A DNA stretch of 64,000 bases from an uncultured Mycoplasmatota bacterium (GTDB taxonomy: Bacteria > Bacillota_I > Bacilli_A > RF39 > UBA660). The position numbers and the translations under genes were made by a program. Position 1 is the stretch's first letter. Each line of letters starts with the position of its first letter. The DNA lies in NCBI GenBank assembly GCA_900547225.1, contig URFW01000001.1, positions 49,106 to 113,105 on the forward strand, in the 5' to 3' direction. The notes under the pieces are model-generated. The model ran no database searches. It saw only the letters and a program-made list of their open reading frames with translations, and was not told where the DNA came from. This document shows positions 8,915 through 18,085 of the stretch, in pieces.

Positions 8915-11632
8915 TTATTCTGTTGTACTAGTTGTGTTAGATGCTGTTACCGTAACATTTCTACTTACCGTTTTACTCTTTCCTTGATAAGTTACTTTAT
9001 AAGTTAATTTATAAGTTCCAAGGATGTTTGTATCAACGCTTCCAGATTCTAGCGTAATAGTTGCCCCATCTGTTACATCAACGGAGTTATATAAAACGAT
9101 TATAGGTTTGTTATCGACAAACGTCTTTCCTTGTTCTATTGTACTATTACTTATTTTAACATCAAAATCACTTGTTACCGAAACTTTGTGTTCAACACCC
9201 TTACTTCTGTTTGTTTTATAGTTAGAGTATGCTGTATATATTACGTATACAGGATTTGAATAGCTTGTTGTATGTGTATATGATGTACTAGTTGTAGTTC
9301 CAACGTATACTTCAGAACCACCGGAACCATCTTTTACATATATGTCATATCCAAGTGTTCCATAGCTGTCATCAAAGTTTAAGTTTACCATGTCTTCAGC
9401 ACTAATACCATTCCATTTTAAGTGTACTGTGTTACCAGATATACTACTTGTAACACCACTTACACTTGGTAGTTGTTCTGCTTGTTCAGTTCCTGTTTCA
9501 TCAGGCCCAGTTCCTTTTCTAAAGTATCCAACAACACCTCCATATAAGGCTTTTTTAAGTGGAATAGAGTTTCTTATAACTGATACCTCTTCGATGCTAG
9601 ATGGTCTTTCAAATGAGCTTCCGTCTTTATCAAATAAGTTTTCTGCTAAATTACGATAGAACTTATCACGAGTTGACCAAGATGATGTAGTACTATGACC
9701 TTTTCTTATATCGGCATAACCATACCAGAATGTTATTGTTTGCTTTGGAGTATATCCACATACCCATAAGTCATTTACCGCTTTACTTGATAAACGATAT
9801 CTCTTTCTAGTTGCTTCATCAAAGTTAGAAGTACCGGTTTTAGCAGCTGTTTGAACACCACTTATACCAGCGGCTGATTTAGCAAGTCCTTCTGTTGCAG
9901 ACCAGTTTAAAGAGTAGTTAATAATGTATGCTGTTGAGTCATTCATAACACGTGTTTTAGCTGCCTTTGTTTCAACTACTTCATCAGTGTCTTTATACAC
10001 AAATTTCTTTATTGTATGAGGTTTAATGTAATAACCACCATTTGAGAATGCTTGATATGCTCCTGCCATTGTCATTGGACTGGTTCTAGATTCTCCTTTT
10101 TTCTTAGAACCGGTAAATGATCCAATAGAGTGAGCCTCATGTATTTTACCATTTTTATCTACTTCTGGAGTAAGTCCGAGGCTACTTGCAAATTTTAATA
10201 TTTTATCATTACCAGCTTCTTTAGATACTTGTTGGAAAGTTTTTAAAGCTGTTACGTTTCTTGAAAGCCCAAGTGCTTGATATAATGGAAGCCTTCCTTT
10301 ATATCCTCCATCTGAGTTAGATATTTTAGTTCCGTCACTATATGTTGTTGGAGTATCGTCAATATAATTAACCGTTCCCCAACCTAAGTATTCAACTGCT
10401 GGACCATAGTCAAATATTGGTTTTGCCGTTGAACCTATTTGTTTATTTGTCATAGTAGCAAAGTTATAAGAACGTTCAGAGTTTTTATTTCTTCCGGCTC
10501 CTACTGCTAATACTTCACCACTTGCTGAGTCAGTCATTACGACACCTGCTTGTGCATTTTCGTTTTCCCATTTCCAAGCCTCACCATTCATAACCTTATT
10601 AACAAAGTCTTGCTTGCTTCTATTCATTGCAGTATAAATCTTAAGTGGGGTAGTATATGGGTTTAAATCATATTCGTTTTCTAACTCCTCAACAACGGTA
10701 TCAATATATCCTTGATACTCAGAGTACGTTCCAGAAGTTTGTGTTTTCTTTATATATGAAGTAATCGGAGAATTTTCTGCAATTTCTTTTTCTTCTTCAG
10801 TTATATAACCATGTCTTTGCATTAGGTAAAGAACCGTTTTTCTTCTTCCTTCAGCACGTTCTGGATAGTTATAAGGATTATAATAAGTTGGTGATTGGAA
10901 TAATCCTGCTATAAATGATGCTTCTGCTAAGTTAAGTTCACTAACTGATTTACCAAAGTAGTTTAATGAGGCCTGCTCAACACCGTAAGCCCCGTTACCT
11001 AAGTAAGAGTCATTAACATAAAATTCTAAAATTTCTTTTTTAGTATATTTTCTTTCTATTTTAAATATTGAAAGATATATATCAGTAAACTTTCTAGTTA
11101 TTCCCTCAAAACCTTTAGATTCAGTAGAAGTGTAGTTATTTTTGGCAATTTGCATTGTAAGAGTTGATGCACCACCACCATTTTTACCAACTAGTTGATA
11201 CATACTTGCTTTCATAAATCTTGCAAGGTCAAAACCATTATGCTGGAAGAATTTAGAGTCTTCTGTTGCAATTATTGCATCTATTAAAACCTCAGGTAAG
11301 TCATCATATGATATTTCAGTTCTGTTTTCGTTACCCATTTTGGTAATTATGTTTCCTTCGGTATCATATAACTCTGACATTTGAGTGAATTTTAAGTTGT
11401 TTGGATCAAATTTAGGAGCCTTTATAATAATATAGGCAAAAAATACTGCCATAAGTGATGCAAAAGCTATTACACAAATAATAAGAATGTTTAAAATCAT
11501 CTTTTTCTTTTTACTTACTTTTCTTTTAGAAGTATTATTTGTACCTTTTATAACTTTCCTTTTAACATCATTTGTTTTAGCCTTAATATTATTTGCAATG
11601 CTACTTGCTTTGCTGCTTCTTTTTTTCATCAT
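8915..11632 (-). CDS. ponA: Bifunctional class A penicillin-binding protein (GT51 glycosyltransferase plus transpeptidase) with C-terminal beta-sandwich extension
   Basis: EDSKFFQHNGFD (GT51), STAKP (SxxK), SRN and KTGT motifs. The ATGA start overlaps the recU stop, as in the Firmicute recU-ponA operon. Confidence 0.9.
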   Translation of the reverse strand: MMKKRSSKASSIANNIKAKTNDVKRKVIKGTNNTSKRKVSKKKKMILNILIICVIAFASLMAVFFAYIIIKAPKFDPNNLKFTQMSELYDTEGNIITKMGNENRTEISYDDLPEVLIDAIIATEDSKFFQHNGFDLARFMKASMYQLVGKNGGGASTLTMQIAKNNYTSTESKGFEGITRKFTDIYLSIFKIERKYTKKEILEFYVNDSYLGNGAYGVEQASLNYFGKSVSELNLAEASFIAGLFQSPTYYNPYNYPERAEGRRKTVLYLMQRHGYITEEEKEIAENSPITSYIKKTQTSGTYSEYQGYIDTVVEELENEYDLNPYTTPLKIYTAMNRSKQDFVNKVMNGEAWKWENENAQAGVVMTDSASGEVLAVGAGRNKNSERSYNFATMTNKQIGSTAKPIFDYGPAVEYLGWGTVNYIDDTPTTYSDGTKISNSDGGYKGRLPLYQALGLSRNVTALKTFQQVSKEAGNDKILKFASSLGLTPEVDKNGKIHEAHSIGSFTGSKKKGESRTSPMTMAGAYQAFSNGGYYIKPHTIKKFVYKDTDEVVETKAAKTRVMNDSTAYIINYSLNWSATEGLAKSAAGISGVQTAAKTGTSNFDEATRKRYRLSSKAVNDLWVCGYTPKQTITFWYGYADIRKGHSTTSSWSTRDKFYRNLAENLFDKDGSSFERPSSIEEVSVIRNSIPLKKALYGGVVGYFRKGTGPDETGTEQAEQLPSVSGVTSSISGNTVHLKWNGISAEDMVNLNFDDSYGTLGYDIYVKDGSGGSEVYVGTTTSTSYTHTTSYSNPVYVIYTAYSNYKTNRSKGVEHKVSVTSDFDVKISNSTIEQGKTFVDNKPIIVLYNSVDVTDGATITLESGSVDTNILGTYKLTYKVTYQGKSKTVSRNVTVTASNTTSTTE

Positions 11633-12216
11633 GATTTATTACCTCCAAAGTATAATTTATCTATTACTTCTATATAGTCTATTCTAGGTGCATACTTTAT
11701 TTTAATCATTGTACCATAATTCTTAAAAAAATCTAATGGAATCGACTTTCTTTTATTATTTTTAATAAATTCTTCTAAGTTTTCCACACTTAAAAAATAC
11801 GTTTCATCAAGCAGAATGAATCTTACTATTATAAATGCAATAGCTCCTTTATTTTTAACATTTATTAAATGTTTTATTTGATGCATATGTATGTTAGCTA
11901 GTGCAAAAGAAGTTTTACTGTTTGTTTCTTTAGCCTCAAAATCAACGTATTTTCCATTATAAATTCCATTATAATCGGTAGTTGATGGAGTCTCAAAATA
12001 AGCCTCTTTTATTTTTCCTAATTTATAGTCAACGTTAACAAGTTTTATAGGAGTAGGTTTTTTATAAACGTATGCAATATCCTTAATTCTATAATACTCA
12101 TTTGCTAAATTTATGTCAGATTCTAAAGCCATACCACGATTTGCAAAACCAGTTTTAATATGATTGCTCTTAGTTTTGTTAAATCTGGTAAAGGAATAGT
12201 TATTTATCACTATCAT
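11629..12216 (-). CDS. recU: Holliday junction resolvase RecU
   Basis: FANRGMALESDIN, VDYKLG...DF.G and FEAKET motifs typical of RecU. Located upstream of ponA. ATG 12216 is preferred over the GTG at 12219. Confidence 0.9.
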   Translation of the reverse strand: MIVINNYSFTRFNKTKSNHIKTGFANRGMALESDINLANEYYRIKDIAYVYKKPTPIKLVNVDYKLGKIKEAYFETPSTTDYNGIYNGKYVDFEAKETNSKTSFALANIHMHQIKHLINVKNKGAIAFIIVRFILLDETYFLSVENLEEFIKNNKRKSIPLDFFKNYGTMIKIKYAPRIDYIEVIDKLYFGGNKS

Positions 12217-12434
12217 CACCTGTTATAATTATACTACATTTATTTATTATTTCTATATAAAATATGAAAAGAATTGTCGAAAATATTAAAATATAATTTT
12301 GTCGTGTTATTATTTATTTGAAAGGAATGTTTTTTATGAAAGATTATACTTTGATGTTTGTTATTATTGATGATTTAATAGACGAAGTAGAAAAAATAGA
12401 AGAAACTTTAATTATAAATCATACACTTAAATAG

Positions 12435-12713
12435 GTGATTTGTTTGGAAAATATAAAAGAGATTTATGATCTTATTCCTTATATAATAATGATAGGAATA
12501 ATTTTAAATATAACAGGTAATTTAATTAAAATGACGTTTAAGGTTCCTAGCAAATACATAGTTTGGATTTTACTTATTTTAAGTTTATTAATTAACTTTA
12601 TTTTTTATGGTTTTACTTTTGAAAGTTTATTTGTGGGCTTTGTAAGCTTTAGTTTTTCCGTGTCTTCTTATGATTTGGTAAAGTATTTTACAAAGATAAG
12701 AAATAGAAAGTAA
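12435..12713 (+). CDS. Small membrane protein (about 3 TM segments), holin-like topology, function unknown
   Basis: ORF with a GTG start, a hydrophobic profile and a basic C-terminal tail. No motif recognised. Confidence 0.4.
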   Translation: MICLENIKEIYDLIPYIIMIGIILNITGNLIKMTFKVPSKYIVWILLILSLLINFIFYGFTFESLFVGFVSFSFSVSSYDLVKYFTKIRNRK

Positions 12714-12793
12714 GTGTTAAGCAAATTAAATTTTATGTAAATTGACAAATGATAAAAAACTTGAGATAATGTTAATTACAGAGGTGGTAAAAA

Positions 12794-13117
12794 ATGTTTA
12801 ATGGTAGAATAGCTTTGTCACCACAAGATATCTTTGATAAAGAATTTAAGATTGATACTCGTGGATATAGACTTCAAGAAGTAGATAAGTATTTAGATCA
12901 AATAATTAAGGATTATGTTGAGTTTATTAACATAATTAAGGAACTTAGAAATGAGAATAAGGCTTTAGAAAGAGAAAACATCGATTTAAAGCATGAACTT
13001 AGAGATTTAAAAGCTAATATTGATATTGTTAAGAAAAGTGAAAAAGAAATTACCAACGTAGATATATTAAGACGTTTATCACAACTGGAAAAATATATAT
13101 ATGATAAAGATGAGTAA
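12794..13117 (+). CDS. gpsB: Cell-cycle protein GpsB (DivIVA domain)
   Basis: IFDKEFKIDTRGYRLQEVDKYLDQIIKDY DivIVA N-domain plus a coiled coil. SD AGAGGTGG. Confidence 0.85.
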   Translation: MFNGRIALSPQDIFDKEFKIDTRGYRLQEVDKYLDQIIKDYVEFINIIKELRNENKALERENIDLKHELRDLKANIDIVKKSEKEITNVDILRRLSQLEKYIYDKDE

Positions 13118-13118
13118 T

Positions 13119-13470
13119 GGTTTTTACGTAAACGCTGCTAATTATTAGTAGAGGAAAGTCCACGCTCACACGGACCTGTAACGGACGTAGTGTTCATGCA
13201 AAGGGAACAAATAACCTTTGGTAGGATTTAATCCTAACGGCGTCGAGGTAGCCTAAGTTTTTAATATGGCTATATTAGGCATAAAGTGCCATAGTGACGA
13301 TTTTGCTTGGAAACTTGCAAAGTGGAACGGGTAAACCCCATGAGTGAGAAACCCAAATTTGGTAGGGGAACTTCTATGAAGGAACAAAAACGGATTAGAA
13401 GATGCTTTTTAAAAGCATAGATAAATGTTTACGACCAGATATCTGGTACAGAACGTGGCTTATTAAAACT
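13119..13470 (+). ncRNA. rnpB: RNase P RNA, type B
   Basis: Universal P4 elements GAGGAAAGTCC (5') and ACAGAACGTGGCTTA (3'). GGTAAACCCC and AGTGCCA-type conserved loops. Terminal pairing GGTTTTTA/TTAAAACT. No ORF. Ends are approximate. Confidence 0.85.
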
Positions 13471-13502
13471 ATTATTTATTTATATAAAGGAGTGAACTTA
13501 AG

Positions 13503-13985
13503 TTGAAGGAGATTGGTGAAAAGCTAAAGGCTGCAAGGGAAGAACACGGTGTTAGTGTTGATGAAGCAGCAGAAGATTTAAACCTTAGAGCTTCACAAAT
13601 AGAAAACATAGAAAAAGGAAACTTAAAGGTATTTAAAGATGTGTTTTATTTAAAATCATTTATTAGATCATACGCCAAGTATTTAGGACTTGATGAAGAT
13701 GCTATAATGGATGAGTTTAACGAGTACTTTTTTGAGGAAACATCAAAGATTCCAATCGCGGAGATAGAAAAGGCTTCACGTGCAAAGGAAAAGGAAAAAG
13801 CATCTGATAAAAAGGTTGCATCTCCATACACGGTAGATGATAAACCAAAGTCAAAGGTGCCCGCTATTATAGTTACACTTATAATTTTATTGTTATTATT
13901 TTTAATAGGATATTTAGTTGTAACGGAATATGTTATTCCTAAAAATGATAATGATAATAGTGTTTTAACTTATTTAGAGAATTAA
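13503..13985 (+). CDS. RodZ-like XRE-HTH membrane protein
   Basis: N-terminal HTH (IGEKLKAAREEHGVSVDEAAEDLNLRASQIENIEKG), then a linker and a single TM. TTG start after AAAGGAG. Confidence 0.65.
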   Translation: MKEIGEKLKAAREEHGVSVDEAAEDLNLRASQIENIEKGNLKVFKDVFYLKSFIRSYAKYLGLDEDAIMDEFNEYFFEETSKIPIAEIEKASRAKEKEKASDKKVASPYTVDDKPKSKVPAIIVTLIILLLLFLIGYLVVTEYVIPKNDNDNSVLTYLEN

Positions 13986-13996
13986 GAGGTGGATAT

Positions 13997-14626
13997 ATGA
14001 ACTTAGCTAATAGAATAACAATGATTAGAATATTTTTAACGGTTTTATTAATCGTTTTATTACTATTCCCATTTTACATGGTAAACATTGAATTTCCAAA
14101 AGTGTTAATTGGTACTATAACGGTAGATATTAAGTATTTTATTGCGGCAGGATTATTTGCTATTGCATCAATTACAGATGCTATTGATGGTCATATTGCA
14201 AGAAGTCGTAATATGGTAACGGATTTTGGTAAAATGACTGATGCAATTGCAGATAAAATGTTAGTTAACTCAAGTTTAATTATTTTAACTGCACAAGGAA
14301 TGGTATCACCTGCTATTACGGTTATAATCGTTTTAAGAGATACTGTTGTAGATACGATTAAGATGATTGCAGGAAGTAAGGGAAAGGTAGTTGCTGCTAT
14401 AAAGTCTGGTAAGATTAAAACAACGTTTTTAATGCTAGGTATAATATTTACCATGTGTTATAATTTACCATTTGAATTATTTAATCTTGATATAGCAAGT
14501 TTCTTACTTGTTTTGGCAACTGTATTTGCAATTATTTCAGGAATTCAGTATTACATAATGAATAAAGATATAATTTTTTCTAAAGAAGAAATATCAGATT
14601 CTGCAAATAAAAAAACACAGAAATAG
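13997..14626 (+). CDS. pgsA: CDP-diacylglycerol--glycerol-3-phosphate 3-phosphatidyltransferase
   Basis: CDP-alcohol phosphatidyltransferase motif DAIDGHIARSRN...G...D..ADK. Confidence 0.9.
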   Translation: MNLANRITMIRIFLTVLLIVLLLFPFYMVNIEFPKVLIGTITVDIKYFIAAGLFAIASITDAIDGHIARSRNMVTDFGKMTDAIADKMLVNSSLIILTAQGMVSPAITVIIVLRDTVVDTIKMIAGSKGKVVAAIKSGKIKTTFLMLGIIFTMCYNLPFELFNLDIASFLLVLATVFAIISGIQYYIMNKDIIFSKEEISDSANKKTQK

Positions 14627-14680
14627 AATTTTAGCTTAGACAAAAAATGAATTTAGTAGAAGAATCATAGTACAAACTTT

Positions 14681-14694
14681 CAAACATTTGTTCG
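14681..14694 (+). promoter_or_regulatory. Cheo/LexA-box-like operator upstream of recA
   Basis: CAAACATTTGTTCG against the Firmicute consensus CGAAC-N4-GTTCG, with one half-site mismatch. It abuts the -35 of the recA promoter. Confidence 0.45.
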
Positions 14695-14703
14695 AAAAAG
14701 TAC

Positions 14704-14732
14704 TTGATTTTTCTTTTTTAATGGATTATAAT
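14704..14732 (+). promoter_or_regulatory. Sigma-A-type promoter of recA
   Basis: TTGATT, 17-nt spacer, TATAAT. Confidence 0.5.
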
Positions 14733-14763
14733 GTTATTGTAATCAATGACTAGGAGGATATTT

Positions 14764-15786
14764 ATGGCAAAGAAAGCTTTAAATGATAAGACTTTAGAAC
14801 AAGTTCTTGCAGACATAGAAAAACAATTTGGTAAGGGTTCAATAATGAAATTAGGTGATGAAAGTCATAATGAAATAGACACGGTATCATCTGGATCTCT
14901 TACTTTAGATATAGCACTTGGTGTTGGGGGTTATCCAAAGGGAAGAATAATTGAAATATATGGACCAGAATCATCAGGTAAAACTACGTTTGCACTTGAG
15001 GCTATTGCAGAGGTACAAAAAGCAGGAGGTAAAGCAGCGTTTATAGATGCAGAGCATGCACTTGATCCAGTTTATGCTAAAAACCTAGGAGTAGATATTA
15101 ATGATTTATTATTATCACAACCAGATACTGGTGAACAAGCACTAGAAATTTGTGAAGCATTAGTTAGAAGTGAAGCTATAAGCATAGTTGTAATAGATTC
15201 GGTTGCAGCACTTGTTCCACAAGCAGAAATAGAAGGTGAAATGGGTGATAGTCACGTAGGACTTCAAGCAAGATTAATGAGTCAGGCTTTAAGAAAGTTA
15301 TCTGGAACTATTAGCAAAACCAATACAATTGCAATATTTATTAATCAGTTAAGAGAAAAAGTAGGTGTTTTATTTGGTAATCCGGAAACTACACCAGGTG
15401 GTAGAGCACTTAAATTCTATTCAACTATTAGATTAGATGTAAGACGTGGTGAACAAATTAAAAATGGAGATAATGTAATAGGTAATAAAACCAACGTTAA
15501 GATAGTAAAAAATAAGGTTGCTCCTCCATTTAAAACTGCATCAGTTGAAATTATGTATGGACAAGGCGTTTCAAGGGAAGCTGAAATACTTGATTTAGCA
15601 TCAGAAATAGGAATTGTTGATAAAAGTGGAGCTTGGTATTCATATAATGGAGAAAAAATTGGCCAAGGTAAGGAGAATGCTAAACAATTCTTAAGAGATA
15701 ATCCTACTATTAAAGAAGAAATAGAAAATAAGGTTCGTGAAAGTCACGGCATTTTAAAACAAGATAAAGAAACAGATAAAAAATAA
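14764..15786 (+). CDS. recA: Recombinase RecA
   Basis: GPESSGKTT Walker A and canonical RecA sequence throughout. ATG 14764 follows SD TAGGAGGA; the track start 14746 lies upstream of the SD. Confidence 0.97.
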   Translation: MAKKALNDKTLEQVLADIEKQFGKGSIMKLGDESHNEIDTVSSGSLTLDIALGVGGYPKGRIIEIYGPESSGKTTFALEAIAEVQKAGGKAAFIDAEHALDPVYAKNLGVDINDLLLSQPDTGEQALEICEALVRSEAISIVVIDSVAALVPQAEIEGEMGDSHVGLQARLMSQALRKLSGTISKTNTIAIFINQLREKVGVLFGNPETTPGGRALKFYSTIRLDVRRGEQIKNGDNVIGNKTNVKIVKNKVAPPFKTASVEIMYGQGVSREAEILDLASEIGIVDKSGAWYSYNGEKIGQGKENAKQFLRDNPTIKEEIENKVRESHGILKQDKETDKK

Positions 15787-15917
15787 AATAATAATTGAAA
15801 CTGGTTAATACTGGTTTCTTTTTATATACACATAAAAAAAGACACTTAATACGTATATTTTTTCTTTATATTTAAGACTTTTTAATTAAATTTTGTTATA
15901 ATATTTATGGTGATAAA

Positions 15918-17897
15918 ATGGATAATATAAAATTAAGAATGGATGAATTAATAGATATAATTAATGAAGCTAGTATTAAGTATTATGTAGATGATAATCC
16001 TAGTATTACTGACCAAGAATATGATGATTATTATAATGAATTATTAAAACTTGAAGAGAAATATCCTGATTTAAAAAGAAGTGATTCGCCAACTTTAAGA
16101 GTAGGTGGAAAGGTAGTAGATAAATTTGAAAAGGTAACTCATGAAAGTCCTATGCTTTCGTTTGATGATATATTTAATGAGGATGAAATAGTTCTTTTTG
16201 ATGAAAGAATAAAAAAGACTTGTCATAATGCGACTTATACTTTAGAGCCTAAAATGGACGGGTTATCTGGCTCATTATTATATGAAAAAGGCGTACTTAA
16301 AAGGGCTGCGACAAGGGGAGACGGACTTATCGGAGAAAATATTACTCATAACGTAAAAACTATAAAATCAGTTCCTTTAAGACTTAATAAGGAACTTGAT
16401 ATAGAAGTTCGTGGTGAAATATATATGAGTAAGGCTTCTTTTGAAAAGTGTAATAAAGAAAAAGAAAAAAGAGGTGAAAATTTATTTGCTAACCCAAGAA
16501 ATGCTGCAGCAGGTTCTGTAAGACAATTAGATAGTAAGATTGCTGCAAAAAGAAATCTAGACTTTATGGCTTATTTCATACCTAATCCAGATAAATATGG
16601 TATAAAAACTCAAGGCGAATCTTTAGCATTTTTAAAAGAATTAGGTTTTAAAACCAATTATAATTTAAATGGTCTTGCTAAAGACGTAAATGATATAATT
16701 AATTACATAGACGATTTAGGAAGCAAAAGATCTAATCTTCCTTTTGAAATAGATGGCGTTGTATTAAAGGTTAATAGCTTGGAAGATGAGGCAAAATTAG
16801 GATTTACCGAAAGAGTACCTAGATGGGGAATAGCATATAAATTTCCAGCTGAGGAAGTTTTAACTACTTTAAAAGAAATAAAATTTACAGTCGGAAGAAC
16901 TGGTAAGATAACACCAAATGCTCTTTTTTCACCAGTTCATGTTGCAGGTTCTGTTATATCAAAGGCAACGCTTCATAATGAAGATTATTGTTTAGATAAG
17001 GATGTAAGGGTAGGAGATGTTATCTCAATTAGAAAAGCAGGTGACGTAATACCGGAAGTAGTAGAGGTAAAAAAAGAAAGAAGAACAGGTAAAGAAGTTC
17101 CGTTTAAGATGATAGAAAACTGCCCAATGTGTGCATCAAAACTGGTTAAAGAAGATGCTAACTATTTTTGTAAAAATGATTTATGTCCCGCAAGAAAAAT
17201 GGAAGGATTAATTCATTTTGCATCAAGAAATACGATGAACATAGATGGACTTGGTGAAAGGATCATAGAAGATTTTTATAATATGGGATTTATTAAGTCC
17301 ATATCTGATATATATCTTTTATCAAACCATAAAGAAGACTTAATAGAACTTGAAGGCTTTGGAGAAAAAAGTGTTAACAATTTACTTGAAAGTATTGAAA
17401 ATTCAAAAAACAACTCTTTAGAGAAGGTTCTTTTTGCACTAGGAATAAGACATGTTGGTAAAAAAACTGCTAAAATACTTGCTAAAAGATACAAAAATAT
17501 AGATAATATAATTAATATTAATATGGATGAACTAACAAACGTTAATGATATAGGTGAGATAATAGCTAAAAGTGTAAGAACATATTTTGATGATCCTTTA
17601 AATTTAAAATTAATAGAGGATTTAAAGAAACTAGGCTTAAATTTCGAATATAAAGATGACTCATCAGACGACACATTATCTGGTATGACGTTTGTTTTAA
17701 CAGGAACTTTAGAGAAGTATAAAAGAGAAGAATTAACTAAGATTCTAGAAGATAAGGGTGCTAAGGTAACAAGTTCGGTTACTAAAAAGACAACTGGTGT
17801 TATCGTAGGAGATAAACCTGGCTCAAAATATGATAAAGCATTAAAGCTTGGTGTTAAAATATATAAAGAAGAAGATGTCTTAAACATCATAAAATAA
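15918..17897 (+). CDS. ligA: NAD-dependent DNA ligase
   Basis: Adenylation motif EPKMDGLS, Zn-finger Cys cluster (CPMCASKL...C..C), HhH region and BRCT C-terminus. Confidence 0.97.
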   Translation: MDNIKLRMDELIDIINEASIKYYVDDNPSITDQEYDDYYNELLKLEEKYPDLKRSDSPTLRVGGKVVDKFEKVTHESPMLSFDDIFNEDEIVLFDERIKKTCHNATYTLEPKMDGLSGSLLYEKGVLKRAATRGDGLIGENITHNVKTIKSVPLRLNKELDIEVRGEIYMSKASFEKCNKEKEKRGENLFANPRNAAAGSVRQLDSKIAAKRNLDFMAYFIPNPDKYGIKTQGESLAFLKELGFKTNYNLNGLAKDVNDIINYIDDLGSKRSNLPFEIDGVVLKVNSLEDEAKLGFTERVPRWGIAYKFPAEEVLTTLKEIKFTVGRTGKITPNALFSPVHVAGSVISKATLHNEDYCLDKDVRVGDVISIRKAGDVIPEVVEVKKERRTGKEVPFKMIENCPMCASKLVKEDANYFCKNDLCPARKMEGLIHFASRNTMNIDGLGERIIEDFYNMGFIKSISDIYLLSNHKEDLIELEGFGEKSVNNLLESIENSKNNSLEKVLFALGIRHVGKKTAKILAKRYKNIDNIININMDELTNVNDIGEIIAKSVRTYFDDPLNLKLIEDLKKLGLNFEYKDDSSDDTLSGMTFVLTGTLEKYKREELTKILEDKGAKVTSSVTKKTTGVIVGDKPGSKYDKALKLGVKIYKEEDVLNIIK

Positions 17898-18085
17898 TCA
17901 TAAAAAAATCATATATTAATAGTCAAACTTGACAAATATAAAAATTATGATAGTATATTTATCAGAATTTTTATTGATGTTTGCTTGTACAGAAACATTA
18001 TTATAGCAAGCAGATAAAAGGGTCTTGTTTGCAAAATCAGGACCTTTTATTTTTAGAGTAAAAAGGGAGTTTATGGGAGGACGTT

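Noticed and set aside
12336-12434. A 32-codon ORF (MKDYTLMFVIIDDLIDEVEKIEETLIINHTLK) whose stop abuts the GTG start of the small membrane protein gene.
   Set aside because: The SD is weak (AAAGGAA) and plausible, but there is no motif or conservation evidence available. The call is unresolved rather than supported.
12435-12713. The holin-like small membrane protein as a prophage marker.
   Set aside because: There are no adjacent endolysin, tail, capsid or integrase genes. It is flanked by the core genes recU and gpsB.
17276-17890. A long antisense ORF (204 aa) inside ligA. Similar opposite-strand or alternate-frame ORFs in the track include: 2462-2668, 4969-5166, 7358-7600, 8522-8791, 9024-9221, 9390-9659, 11487-11687, 13646-13831, 14191-14454, 18421-18687, 22952-23182, 23298-23513, 23603-23854, 26067-26294, 30279-30512, 30496-30702, 30862-31056, 30956-31249, 32746-32928, 33479-33691, 33858-34061, 34431-34676, 35917-36132, 37186-37521, 39004-39225, 40297-40587, 41440-41679, 44045-44239, 44337-44648, 46757-46960, 48194-48511, 48653-48865, 51320-51535, 51569-51769, 51894-52202, 52733-52927, 54548-54823, 56055-56285, 56824-57051, 58140-58337, 60222-60563 and 61153-61353.
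   Set aside because: All are embedded in strongly supported genes. They have low-complexity Leu/Ile/Phe/Ser-rich translations typical of AT-rich shadow frames, and they lack SD sequences and recognisable motifs.
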